Shown here one piece after another: positions 10,129 to 20,128 of a stretch of 64,000 nucleotides of DNA. Origin of the DNA: an uncultured Bacilli bacterium (lineage in GTDB: Bacteria; Bacillota_I; Bacilli_A; RF39; UBA660); the NCBI GenBank assembly GCA_934086955.1, contig CAKOIN010000003.1:71271-135270 (forward strand), in the 5' to 3' direction. The translations under genes and the position numbers were made by a program. The first letter of the stretch is position 1; every line of letters begins with the position of its first letter. A model generated the notes under the pieces. The model had not been told where the DNA came from. It made no database searches and saw only the letters and a program-made list of their open reading frames with translations.

Positions 10129-10806
10129 ATGAGTAGAAGATATATTTTAATGCTAATAATTGTTATTGATCTTATATTTGTATTTATTGTTAATAAATAC
10201 TTTTTTCCTCATAGTCTAAATAATTTTAATGGTTGGGATAAAGTAGATAATTTAATGATAGTTGCTCATCCTGATGATGAAACTTTATGGGGTTCTTCAT
10301 ATCTTATTAAGGATAAGTATTTAGTAGTATGTGTTACTTGTGGTAATAAAAGAATAAGAGATAAAGAAATTGAGAATGCTCTTGATATAAGTGAAGATGA
10401 GGTTCTATTTTTAAAACATCCTGATAAAGTGTATGGTAAGAGAAGTGACTGGAAAAAGAATAAGAAAAAGCTTAAAAAAGAACTTGACTATATTATTCAT
10501 AAAAAAGAATGGAAGAATATAGTTACTCATAATAAAGCAGGTGAATATGGTCATATACATCATAAAATGACAAATAAGATTGTTACTAAAATATATGAAG
10601 AGAATCCAGTTGGGAATTTAAAATACTTTGGTACTTATTATTCTAAGAAGAATATAAAGAAAAAGAGAGATAATAAAGGTTTACTTGATAATTATACATA
10701 TCATAAAAAACTGGAAATGATAGATGTATATAAAAGTCAAAGCTTTATTAAGAAAGCATTTAATCAAATGTTTAAATATGAAGATATAACAGATTATAAA
10801 AAATAA
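10129..10806 (+). CDS. LmbE/PIG-L family N-acetylglucosaminyl deacetylase with N-terminal TM anchor
   Basis: VAHPDDETLWG is the PIG-L/LmbE signature (PF02585). An N-terminal hydrophobic helix (ILMLIIVIDLIFVFIV) precedes the catalytic domain. Confidence 0.7.
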   Translation: MSRRYILMLIIVIDLIFVFIVNKYFFPHSLNNFNGWDKVDNLMIVAHPDDETLWGSSYLIKDKYLVVCVTCGNKRIRDKEIENALDISEDEVLFLKHPDKVYGKRSDWKKNKKKLKKELDYIIHKKEWKNIVTHNKAGEYGHIHHKMTNKIVTKIYEENPVGNLKYFGTYYSKKNIKKKRDNKGLLDNYTYHKKLEMIDVYKSQSFIKKAFNQMFKYEDITDYKK

Positions 10807-10828
10807 TAATCTGTTTTTTAAATATTAA

Positions 10829-10857
10829 TTGACAAACTATTGTTTGTAAGATACAAT
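10829..10857 (+). promoter_or_regulatory. consensus sigma-A promoter (TTGACA, 17 nt spacer, TACAAT)
   Basis: ttgaca at 10829-10834 and tacaat at 10852-10857. The -10 box overlaps the first ATG of the ORF-track model, so the real start is probably the downstream ATG at 10874. Confidence 0.55.
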
Positions 10858-10873
10858 GATAGTGGTGAAAGGT

Positions 10874-11740
10874 ATGATATATTTAAAGAGTTTTACTTTA
10901 CTTGATGAAAAAGAAGAAAATGATTATGTTCTTGGTAGTGATACGAGAAAAATATATAGTAATTATTATCCTCTTAATATATTTAGTAGTAGAAGGTTAA
11001 AAGATATAAAGTTTGGTAGTATTACTTGTTTTTATGGTGGTAATGGTAGTGGCAAAAGTACTATTTTAAATATTATATCTGAAAAATTAAATTCTAATAG
11101 AAAAACCGAGATAGATAAAGGCTCATATTTTAATATATATGTTAAATATACATCATATGAGATGGGATTTGAACAACCTATCTCAATAAAAACTATTACT
11201 AGTGATGATGTTTTTGACTATTTACTTGATATAAGAAGTATTAATTCTCATGTTAATCGTAGAAAAGAAAAACTAAGTAAAGAATTTTTAGAAAATAAAT
11301 ATAGTAATAATAGCCTTAGTTTTGAAGATTTTGAGAGTCTTAGAGATAGTATTGATTCTAAAAGAAAAACTATGTCTAAATATGTAAGAGATAGACTTGT
11401 TAATAATATTATAATTGAATCATCTAATGGAGAGTCTGCTTTAATGTTTTGGGAAAAAGAAATAGAAGATGATAGTATTTATATCTTAGATGAACCAGAA
11501 AATAGTTTGAGTGCAGAAAATCAAATCAAACTTATGAAATTTATAGAGGATTCTGTTAGATTTTATAATTGTCAGTTTATTATTTCAACACACTCACCAT
11601 TTTTTCTTTCAATGAAGGATGCAGTAATTTATGATTTAGATACTATTCCTGTTATAACTAGAAAATGGACAGAATTAGAGAATGTTAAAATATATAAAAA
11701 ATTTTTTGATGAGCATAGTAGTGAATTTAAGGAGGAATAA
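10874..11740 (+). CDS. ABC-type (AAA_21-like) ATPase with no transmembrane partner
   Basis: Walker A GGNGSGKST, degenerate signature SNGESAL, Walker B YILDEPENSLS, H-loop ISTHSP. Start moved to ATG 10874 (RBS ggtgaaagg) because ATG 10856 lies inside the -10 box. Confidence 0.6.
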   Translation: MIYLKSFTLLDEKEENDYVLGSDTRKIYSNYYPLNIFSSRRLKDIKFGSITCFYGGNGSGKSTILNIISEKLNSNRKTEIDKGSYFNIYVKYTSYEMGFEQPISIKTITSDDVFDYLLDIRSINSHVNRRKEKLSKEFLENKYSNNSLSFEDFESLRDSIDSKRKTMSKYVRDRLVNNIIIESSNGESALMFWEKEIEDDSIYILDEPENSLSAENQIKLMKFIEDSVRFYNCQFIISTHSPFFLSMKDAVIYDLDTIPVITRKWTELENVKIYKKFFDEHSSEFKEE

Positions 11741-11743
11741 AAT

Positions 11744-12064
11744 ATGCCAAAATATAATAAATTAGTAAGAGATAAAATACCTGAAATAATAGAAAGTAAT
11801 GGAGAAGAACCAATCACTAGAATACTTGATGATGAAGAGTATAGAAGCGAACTTATTAAAAAATTAAATGAAGAATATGATGAAGTTGTTAATGCAAGTG
11901 GAGAAGATATAATTGAAGAACTTGCTGATATGTTAGAAGTGATGGAATCAATCGCAGGACTTCAAAATAAAACTCTTGATGATATTATTTTAGTAAAAGA
12001 AAAAAAGAAAAATAAACGAGGAGGTTTCTCTAAAAAAATATTTTTAGAGGGAGTTAAAAAATAA
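11744..12064 (+). CDS. all-alpha MazG/HisE-like NTP pyrophosphohydrolase (COG4997-type)
   Basis: 106 aa. N-terminus MPKYNKLVRDKIPEII and an EEYDEVV...IEELADMLEV metal-binding EExxE motif pattern. Starts 4 nt after the ATPase stop, so probably co-transcribed. Confidence 0.55.
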   Translation: MPKYNKLVRDKIPEIIESNGEEPITRILDDEEYRSELIKKLNEEYDEVVNASGEDIIEELADMLEVMESIAGLQNKTLDDIILVKEKKKNKRGGFSKKIFLEGVKK

Positions 12065-12089
12065 AAAATAAAAATTATGTCAACATTTA

Positions 12090-12118
12090 TTGATATAATT
12101 TTTTTTAATAGGTATAAT
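12090..12118 (+). promoter_or_regulatory. sigma-A promoter for polC (TTGATA, 17 nt spacer, TATAAT; it also contains an extended -10 TGATATAAT)
   Basis: ttgata at 12090-12095 and tataat at 12113-12118. Alternative TGnTATAAT at 12091-12099. Confidence 0.5.
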
Positions 12119-12138
12119 TGATATTGGTGAGGTATGAA

Positions 12139-15100
12139 GTGAAAGATATAAGACTATTAAAATTAGCAAATTCAATTAAATTAAATGAAGATTTCACTAA
12201 GTATTTAGAGAATGCAGAATTAAAGGAAGTACTTTTAAATAAAAAAACTAATAAAATGACAATAGTTATTATTAATGATTTTTTATTTCCAATAGAGATG
12301 TTTCATGAACTTTATCAGAAGGGTACTTCACTTGATGGGGTAGATAAAATAAGATATAAATTTATTATTAAAGATAATGATAAATATTTTAAAGAATATT
12401 TCTTATATTATTTTGATATATTAGTTAAATCTTGTCCAATGCTTGAATGTGTAAAAAAAGATAAAATGGTATTTGATAATAATACTGTTGATATTGAAGT
12501 ATTAAATACAGCTGAAAAGAATAAAATTGAAGAATTAGTTGATAAGATGGAAGTCTTTTTAAGTGATATGGGATTTGATGATATTAATATTAAGGTAACT
12601 ATTAATGAAAAAGAAAGAGAAAAGTTTAGAGAGTCTTTAACTGAAATAAGAGATGAAGTTAAGAGTAAGAAAACTAGAACTACTATTAAGGGAAGTCCTA
12701 TTGCTGGTGAAGCATCTCAAATAAAAAATCTTATTGCTGCCGAAGATAAAGTTGTACTTATAGCTAAAGTATTTGGCATTGATTCTAAAAGTACACAAAG
12801 TGGATGGTTTATTATAACACTTAAAATAACTGATTATACTGATAGTATTATTGCTAATATATTTACTAAGAAGCAAGAAGAATTTGATTATTTACTTTCA
12901 AATATAAAAAAAGATAAATGGTATAAGTTTAAAGGTACTATTAAATACAATACAAGAAGTAATGATTATGAGTTTGGTATAAATGATATAGAAACTTATG
13001 AAAAAACTGAAAATAAAATAGTAGATGATGCTCCTGTTAAGAGAGTAGAATTACATGCTCATACTATGATGAGTCAAATGGATGGTCTTACTAGACTTGA
13101 TCTTGGAGCTCATACTTGCGAACTTGTAAGTAGAACTATTGATATGGGTTATAGAGGAGTTGCTATAACTGATCATAATGGTTGTCAAGCATTCCCAATT
13201 GCTTATCAAATTATTAAAGGTTACAATAAAGGTGTTAAAAAGAAAGTTAAAGAAAATCTTGATGCATTAAAAGAAAAGCTTAATGATGAGATGAGTGAGT
13301 CTGAAAAAGCTGAATTAAATGCTGAAATTATAAAGGCAGAAGAAGCTGTTTCTAATCCACCAATATTTAAAGGGCTTTATGGAACAGAACTTACTCTTGT
13401 TGATGACACTGTTAAAATAGTTGTTAAAGGAACAGATCTTCCACTTGAGGGAACAGAATTTGTAGTTTATGATACAGAGACAACAGGTTTTAATGCTGCT
13501 AATGGAGATCAGATGATTGAAATTGGTGCTGTTAAAATAAAAGATGGTGTTATTACAGATAGATTTGATAAATTTATTAATCCAGGAAGGCATATTCCAG
13601 ATAAGATAACAGAACTTACATTTATTACTGATGAAATGGTAAAAGATGCTAGTGATGAAGGAACTGTAACAAAAGAATTCTTAGATTGGGTTAAGGATGC
13701 ACCTATGGTTGCTCATAATGCAAAATTCGATATATCATTTATTGAAATGGCAATGAAAAAATATGATTTAGGTGAATTTAAGAATACTGTTATAGATACA
13801 CTAGAATTATCAAGAGCACTTGATCAAGGATTTGCAAGGCATAGTTTATCAGCTCTTGTTAAAAGATATAATGTACCATTTGATGAAGAAAGTCACCATA
13901 GAGCAGATTATGATGCTGAGGGAACAGCTCTTGTTTTTCATAAGATGTTACAAAAATTAATTGGTCAGAATTATGAAACAATTAATTCACTTGAGAATTT
14001 AGTTCCAAAAGGTGAAATACATAAATTTGGTAGAACATTCCATTTTAATGCAATTGCTTTAAATAGAACTGGTCTTAAAAATTTATTTAAAATAATTTCT
14101 CTTGCTAATACAACATATTTATATAAAACACCTAGAATATTAAGAAGTAAGCTTAATGAATTAAGAGAAGGTTTACTTATTGGTAGTGGCTGTTATGAAA
14201 GTGAAGTATTTATTGAAGCAAGAAGTAAAGATGGTGAAGAACTTACTAATATAATTAATTTTTATGATTATGTTGAAGTACAACCACCAGAAGTATATGA
14301 TCATCTAATTCAAACAGGAGACTTTGCTAATATTTTTGAATTGAAAACTCATATTAAGAAAGTAATTGATGCTACTAAGAGTGCTGGTAAAATTATTGTT
14401 GCAACTGGTGATGTACATCATTTTACAAGAGAAGATAAAATATATAGAGAGATTATAGTAAATCAAAAAGTACCAGGTGGAGGAAGACACCCACTTGCTA
14501 AAAGTAATATTACTAATATACCATCTCAACATTTTAGAACTACTGATGAAATGTTAAAAGATTTTGATTTTTTAGATAAAGACTTAGCTTATGAAATAGT
14601 AGTTACTAATACTAATAAAGTATGTGATATGGTTAGTGAATTTGAAGTTATTATGGATACAAAAGGTATACCATTCTCTCCAAGAGTAAAAGCTGATGAT
14701 GGGAAAACATATTTAGACTGTCCAAGAGTTGTTACAGATCTTGTATTTGAAAAAGCAGCTTCTTGGTATGGAAATCCTCTTCCTCATAATATTGAAGAAA
14801 GAATTTCTAAGGAATTGTACGGAGATGCTGTTTATAATTATTGGTATAATAGATTAAAGAGTGAGAATGAAGGTATAAGTGAAGAAGAACTTATAGAAAA
14901 AACATTTGATAATTTACATGAAACACTTATTGCTGGTTTTGATAGAGTTAAAGAGTTAATAGGTGAAAAGGTTAAAAAGGAATGGACAGAAGAAGATGGC
15001 GAACTTAATGATAAGAGTTTAGCTACTAAGGTTAAAAAGGAACTTGGTGGTATCATCGGTGGTGGATTTGATCCTATTTATTTGATTGCTCAAAGACTTG

Positions 15101-16857
15101 TTAAACACTCTAATGATGATGGATATATTGTTGGATCAAGAGGTTCTGTTGGTAGTAGTTTTGTTGCTACTATGATGGGTATTACAGAAGTTAATCCACT
15201 TCCAGCACATTATAGATGTTTAAAGTGTCAAACAAGTTTATTTAATGATGATAATGGTGAACCTCTTGGTTCTACATACTCAAGTGGTTTTGATTTACCT
15301 GATAAAAAGTGTCCTAATTGTGGAGAGTTTATGAAGAAGGATGGACAAGATATGCCATTTGCAACTTTCCTTGGATTTAATGCTGATAAAGTACCAGATA
15401 TAGACCTTAATTTCTCAGATTTAAATCAAGCATCAGCTCATGAATATACAAAGGTACTATTTGGTGTTGATAATGTTTATAGAGCAGGTACAATTGGTAC
15501 AGTTGCTGAAAAAACTGCTTATGGTTTTGTAAGAGGATATTTTGAAGATAAAGGTATTTTTGATAAGAGAAGTTGTGAGATAGAAAGACTTGCTCTTGGA
15601 TGTACTGGTGTTAAGAGAACCACTGGACAACATCCTGGTGGTATAGTAGTTGTACCAGATTATATGGATGTGTCAGATTTTACACCATTCCAATTTCCGG
15701 CAGAAGATCCAACATCTGCATGGAGAACAACTCACTTTGATTACCATTCAATAGAAGAAAATTTACTTAAATTAGATATCTTAGGTCACTCTGATCCAAC
15801 TCAATTAAGACTTATACAAGATTTAAGTCATACTAATGTACTTGATGTACCACTTGATGATAAAGATACAATGAGTATATTTACTAGTACTAAAGTTTTA
15901 GGGGTTACTAATGAACAAATAATGTGTCCAACTGGTACTCTTGGAATACCTGAGTTTGGAACACCGTTTACAATTGGTATGGTTGCTGAAACTAAACCTA
16001 CAACTTTCGCTGAACTTGTTAAAATATCTGGTCTTTCTCACGGAACAGATGTATGGTTAGGTAATGCAAGAGATTTATGTACACCTGATGAAAATGGTAA
16101 TATAAAGGTACCATTTAAAGATGTAATTGGTTGTCGTGACGATATAATGGTTTATTTAATGTATAAGGGTATGAAACCTATAAAAGCATTTAAAATAATG
16201 GAATTTGTTAGAAAAGGTAAAGCTTCTAAGGATCCTGTTACTTGGGCTGAACATAGAAAAACTATGGAAGAAGCTGGTATTGAAGAATGGTATATTGATT
16301 CTTGTCAAAAGATTAAGTACATGTTCCCTAAAGCTCATGCTGCTGCTTATGTAACAAGTGCATTTAGAATTGCTTGGTATAAGGTTCATATGCCTGCATA
16401 TTTCTATGCTTCATGGTTCTCTACAAAAGCTACTGATTTTGATATTGAATCTATGATTAATGGATATGATTCAATTAAAAATAAAATAATTGAAATAAAA
16501 AATAAAGGTTATGAAGCAACTAATAAAGAAAATGGTGTTCTTGAATCTCTTAATGTAGCACTAGAAATGGCTGCTAGAAATATAAAGGTTGCTCCATTTG
16601 ATCTATATAAGAGTAAGGGACTTACATTTGATGTACAAGATGATAACACAATTATTCCACCATTTATTACTATTGATGGACTTGGAGAGACTGTTGCTAA
16701 GAATATAGAAACAGAAGCTAAAAAGCATCCATTTATAAGTATTGAAGATTTTCAAAATAGATGTAAAGTTTCTCAAACATTAATAGATAAAATGAGAGGA
16801 ATGGGTATATTTAATAGTATGCCAGAAAGTTCTCAATTAAGTTTATTTGATTTTTAA
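12139..16857 (+). CDS. polC: DNA polymerase III PolC-type (alpha subunit with PHP and 3'-5' exonuclease domains)
   Basis: About 1570 aa. OB domain, PHP domain (HAHTMMSQMDG), DnaQ-like exonuclease (VVYDTETTGF...HNAKFDISF), Zn-finger CxxC...CxxC, polymerase core. Likely start is GTG 12139 (RBS ggtgagg); the track model starts at TTG 12118, inside the -10 box. Confidence 0.9.
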   Translation: MKDIRLLKLANSIKLNEDFTKYLENAELKEVLLNKKTNKMTIVIINDFLFPIEMFHELYQKGTSLDGVDKIRYKFIIKDNDKYFKEYFLYYFDILVKSCPMLECVKKDKMVFDNNTVDIEVLNTAEKNKIEELVDKMEVFLSDMGFDDINIKVTINEKEREKFRESLTEIRDEVKSKKTRTTIKGSPIAGEASQIKNLIAAEDKVVLIAKVFGIDSKSTQSGWFIITLKITDYTDSIIANIFTKKQEEFDYLLSNIKKDKWYKFKGTIKYNTRSNDYEFGINDIETYEKTENKIVDDAPVKRVELHAHTMMSQMDGLTRLDLGAHTCELVSRTIDMGYRGVAITDHNGCQAFPIAYQIIKGYNKGVKKKVKENLDALKEKLNDEMSESEKAELNAEIIKAEEAVSNPPIFKGLYGTELTLVDDTVKIVVKGTDLPLEGTEFVVYDTETTGFNAANGDQMIEIGAVKIKDGVITDRFDKFINPGRHIPDKITELTFITDEMVKDASDEGTVTKEFLDWVKDAPMVAHNAKFDISFIEMAMKKYDLGEFKNTVIDTLELSRALDQGFARHSLSALVKRYNVPFDEESHHRADYDAEGTALVFHKMLQKLIGQNYETINSLENLVPKGEIHKFGRTFHFNAIALNRTGLKNLFKIISLANTTYLYKTPRILRSKLNELREGLLIGSGCYESEVFIEARSKDGEELTNIINFYDYVEVQPPEVYDHLIQTGDFANIFELKTHIKKVIDATKSAGKIIVATGDVHHFTREDKIYREIIVNQKVPGGGRHPLAKSNITNIPSQHFRTTDEMLKDFDFLDKDLAYEIVVTNTNKVCDMVSEFEVIMDTKGIPFSPRVKADDGKTYLDCPRVVTDLVFEKAASWYGNPLPHNIEERISKELYGDAVYNYWYNRLKSENEGISEEELIEKTFDNLHETLIAGFDRVKELIGEKVKKEWTEEDGELNDKSLATKVKKELGGIIGGGFDPIYLIAQRLVKHSNDDGYIVGSRGSVGSSFVATMMGITEVNPLPAHYRCLKCQTSLFNDDNGEPLGSTYSSGFDLPDKKCPNCGEFMKKDGQDMPFATFLGFNADKVPDIDLNFSDLNQASAHEYTKVLFGVDNVYRAGTIGTVAEKTAYGFVRGYFEDKGIFDKRSCEIERLALGCTGVKRTTGQHPGGIVVVPDYMDVSDFTPFQFPAEDPTSAWRTTHFDYHSIEENLLKLDILGHSDPTQLRLIQDLSHTNVLDVPLDDKDTMSIFTSTKVLGVTNEQIMCPTGTLGIPEFGTPFTIGMVAETKPTTFAELVKISGLSHGTDVWLGNARDLCTPDENGNIKVPFKDVIGCRDDIMVYLMYKGMKPIKAFKIMEFVRKGKASKDPVTWAEHRKTMEEAGIEEWYIDSCQKIKYMFPKAHAAAYVTSAFRIAWYKVHMPAYFYASWFSTKATDFDIESMINGYDSIKNKIIEIKNKGYEATNKENGVLESLNVALEMAARNIKVAPFDLYKSKGLTFDVQDDNTIIPPFITIDGLGETVAKNIETEAKKHPFISIEDFQNRCKVSQTLIDKMRGMGIFNSMPESSQLSLFDF

Positions 16858-16861
16858 AAGA

Positions 16862-16897
16862 GAAAACTCACTTATTAAAGTGAGTTTTATTTTATAA
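16862..16897 (+). terminator. rho-independent terminator after polC
   Basis: aaaactcac-tttattaa-agtgagtttt hairpin followed by attttat. Confidence 0.6.
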
Positions 16898-16998
16898 AAA
16901 GCTCATAAAAAAGAAGTGTTTTATCATTTTATTTCGAATAATAATATTAGAGGGAAAATATAGGCCTAAAGTTCTCTTAAATAAGAAAGGAAAATAAA

Positions 16999-17838
16999 AT
17001 GATAGAAGAAATAAGAAAAAAAGAAATAACAGCTATGAATGATAAAATGTTTAAGAATATTATGAAGACAGAAAGTGGTCAAAGATTATTAAAGGGAATT
17101 ATAGAAGAAACTATAAAAGAGAAAGTAGAAGAAATGATAATACTTAATCCAGAACTTAAAGTACCAAATGTACTTGTAAAAGGAAGAACAGTAGATTTAC
17201 TTATAAAAAATGGAAATAAGAGAATATTTATAGAAGTAAATAATATTTATAATGAAAATATTAGAAGAAGAAATCTTTCATATATGTCTAATCAATATTC
17301 TAATGATACGATGGTTGGAAAGAAGCAAAGTGAAACATATTATTATCAAATAAACATAAATAGAAGATGTAATTATACTGAATTAAATAGAGAATATTAT
17401 ATTCAAAGTGATGATAAAAGAAAATTTGTAGAGAACTTTAAAATAATAGAATATAATATGGAAAAAATATTATGTGAATGTTATAATGGAGATGTAAGTG
17501 ATAAGTTATACTTATATTTATCAATGATAATAGCTAACTCTGAAGAGAGAAAAGAAATCATTAGGAATAATGGGGATGAAGTTATGGAAGATTTTAGTGA
17601 GAAACTAATGAATATGAGTGAAGAAGAATACTACAAAGGATGGATGAGTGTAGAAGAAGATAATGCTTATATGGATAAATTAGAAGCAAGAGAGTTTGGA
17701 AAAGAAGAAGGAATTGAAATTGGAAAAGAGAAAGCAAACCTATCTATAGCTAAAAAAATGCTTGAAAAGAATATGAGTATTGATGAGATTTCAGAATTAA
17801 CTGGATTATCCATTGAAGAAATAGAAAAACTAATATAA
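16999..17838 (+). CDS. Rpn/YhgA-like PD-(D/E)XK nuclease (putative transposase_31 family)
   Basis: N-terminal ...VDLLIK...IEVN nuclease core. C-terminal IAKKMLEKNMSIDEISELTGLSIEEIEKLI tail is characteristic of this family (TIGR01784-like). Confidence 0.6.
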   Translation: MIEEIRKKEITAMNDKMFKNIMKTESGQRLLKGIIEETIKEKVEEMIILNPELKVPNVLVKGRTVDLLIKNGNKRIFIEVNNIYNENIRRRNLSYMSNQYSNDTMVGKKQSETYYYQININRRCNYTELNREYYIQSDDKRKFVENFKIIEYNMEKILCECYNGDVSDKLYLYLSMIIANSEERKEIIRNNGDEVMEDFSEKLMNMSEEEYYKGWMSVEEDNAYMDKLEAREFGKEEGIEIGKEKANLSIAKKMLEKNMSIDEISELTGLSIEEIEKLI

Positions 17839-17955
17839 AATCATTTTAGTCAAGTTCGTATTTTATTGAAGTATTTATATTGGTTTTTGACCTTTTAATA
17901 GTTGTGAAAAAACTAGAAATATAAATATTTAAGTGATAAAATATTTATAGGTGAT

Positions 17956-18708
17956 TTGATGAAAGTAGTAGTTTTAGGAAGTAGTAGTAGTGGAAACTCT
18001 ACATTTGTTAATATAAATAATATTAAATTTTTAATAGATGCTGGTCTTCCTTTTGGAAAACTTAAAGATGCATTATATGAAATAGGTGAGAATCCTGAAG
18101 ATTTAAATTTCATTGTTATTACTCATGCTCATAGCGACCATGTAAGAAGTCTCCATTCATTTAATAGAGTTTATAATACTAAAATATATATGTCTATTGA
18201 AACATTTAATGAATATAATAAAAAAGATTACATAAAGAATTATGAATTCTTTGATGAACTTGATAATATCATGGGTATTAAGTTTACTAAAATACCAATA
18301 AGCCATGATAAAAAAGGTTTCGGTTTCGTATTTGAATACAATGATAAATCATTAGTATATATGACTGATACTGGTATGATACATTCTAGATATCATGAAA
18401 AACTTAAAAATAAAACAATATACTTACTTGAAAGTAATCATGATGTAGAAATGGAAATGAACGGAAAAAAGTTTGAATATATAAAATATAGAAATATCGG
18501 GGATGAAGGACATTTATCAAATGAAGATTGTGCTAAATATTTAAATCATTTTATAGGTCCTAATACTAAATATATAATGCTTGTTCATATAAGTGAAAAT
18601 GATAATACATATGAAAAAGCATATCAAGTTAATAGAGAAAGTATAGATAAAAATATTCCAATATATATAGCTTATAAAGATAAGGTTAGTGAATTTGTAG
18701 AGGTATGA
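17956..18708 (+). CDS. MBL-fold metallo-hydrolase (YycJ/WalJ-like)
   Basis: HxHxDH motif (ITHAHSDHV). About 250 aa, N-terminus VVVLGSSSSGNSTF. Confidence 0.65.
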   Translation: MMKVVVLGSSSSGNSTFVNINNIKFLIDAGLPFGKLKDALYEIGENPEDLNFIVITHAHSDHVRSLHSFNRVYNTKIYMSIETFNEYNKKDYIKNYEFFDELDNIMGIKFTKIPISHDKKGFGFVFEYNDKSLVYMTDTGMIHSRYHEKLKNKTIYLLESNHDVEMEMNGKKFEYIKYRNIGDEGHLSNEDCAKYLNHFIGPNTKYIMLVHISENDNTYEKAYQVNRESIDKNIPIYIAYKDKVSEFVEV

Positions 18709-18840
18709 TATAAAAAAGAAGAATTCAAAACTAAATTTTAATAAGGAATATGTAATTAAGACACTCTTAAGAAGATGTTATTAAATACAGCTAATACATT
18801 TAAATCTGTTATGGAATATACTTGAAAAAAATAATTAATT

Positions 18841-18880
18841 GAGGTGGTTATGTAAAAAATCACCTCTTTTCTTTTAAAAA
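18841..18880 (+). terminator. rho-independent terminator
   Basis: gaggtg-(14 nt)-cacctc hairpin followed by ttttctttt. Confidence 0.55.
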
Positions 18881-18907
18881 TAGTATTATTATGTTAAAAT
18901 TAATTAG

Positions 18908-20128
18908 GTGACTGAAATGTATAGAAAAACATTTGTTGAAGTAAATATAGATCATTTAAAAGATAATGTATCTAATATTATAAAAAAATATAATGATTAT
19001 AAATATTATATAGCTATGGTTAAATCAAATGCTTATGGTCATGGATTATATATTGTTAATGATTTAATTGATAGTGGTATTAATTATTTTGCTGTTTCAT
19101 CTTTAGAAGAAGCAATTGAAATAAGAAAATATAATAAAGATATACCAGTGTTATGTGTAGAACCTATTGAGATTGATAGTGTAGATGCAGCTATAAAAAA
19201 TAATATAACACTTACTATAATAAGTTATGATTATTTAAAAAGATTAATAAATAAAAATAAATCTTCAATGAAAGTTCATATTAAAATTGATACAGGTATG
19301 AATAGACTTGGTATAAGTGATAAGGATGAATTTAATAAAGTAGTTAGTTTAATTAGTAAAAACTCTAATATATATTTAGAAGGATTATTTACTCATTTTG
19401 CTACTCCTGGTATAAATGATATATATTTTGATTCTCAACTTAATAATTTTAAAGATATTACTAGTGATATAGATTTAAATAAAATACCTATTGTTCATTT
19501 GAGTAGTAGTTTTATATTACTAGCTCATCCTAAGATTGAGTTTGCAAATGGAGTTAGATTTGGAACAATATTATATGGTTATGATATAAGTCCTCATAAG
19601 TTATCTAATAATCCAAAGGATATTTTAAGAAAAATAAGAAATAATTATTTAATTAAAAAATATAACATAAGTAAAACATATGATAATGTTTTTATTAAAC
19701 TTACACCTGCTTTAAAAGTAAAAACTAATATTATACAAATAAAGAGAATAAAAGCAGGGGATAAAGTAGGATATGGAATGCTTTATACAGCAAAACAAGA
19801 TGAAGTAATAGCAACAATACCTATTGGTTTTGATGATGGTATTGGAATTAATCATATAGGTAGATATGTTGTTATAAATAATAAAAAATATCCTGTGATT
19901 GGTGAAATATCTATGTGTATGATGAGCATACTAATAGATGATAGTATAAAAGTAGGAGATGAAGTAACTATTATGGGAGATGGTATTACACTTGGTATGA
20001 TGTCAAGGTTAAATAATACATCTATTCATAATACACTTGTTAATATTGGTAAAAATTTACCAAGAGTATATATTAAAAATAATAAGAAAGATTGTATTAT
20101 AGAATACAATACGGAGGTAATAAAATGA
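18908..20128 (+). CDS. alr: alanine racemase
   Basis: PLP-lysine motif VKSNAYGHG and a C-terminal beta-domain. 406 aa. Confidence 0.8.
   Translation: MTEMYRKTFVEVNIDHLKDNVSNIIKKYNDYKYYIAMVKSNAYGHGLYIVNDLIDSGINYFAVSSLEEAIEIRKYNKDIPVLCVEPIEIDSVDAAIKNNITLTIISYDYLKRLINKNKSSMKVHIKIDTGMNRLGISDKDEFNKVVSLISKNSNIYLEGLFTHFATPGINDIYFDSQLNNFKDITSDIDLNKIPIVHLSSSFILLAHPKIEFANGVRFGTILYGYDISPHKLSNNPKDILRKIRNNYLIKKYNISKTYDNVFIKLTPALKVKTNIIQIKRIKAGDKVGYGMLYTAKQDEVIATIPIGFDDGIGINHIGRYVVINNKKYPVIGEISMCMMSILIDDSIKVGDEVTIMGDGITLGMMSRLNNTSIHNTLVNIGKNLPRVYIKNNKKDCIIEYNTEVIK

Noticed and set aside
12637-16389. Five minus-strand ORFs (72-92 aa) within polC
   Set aside because: Antisense chance ORFs inside a long conserved gene, with low-complexity products.
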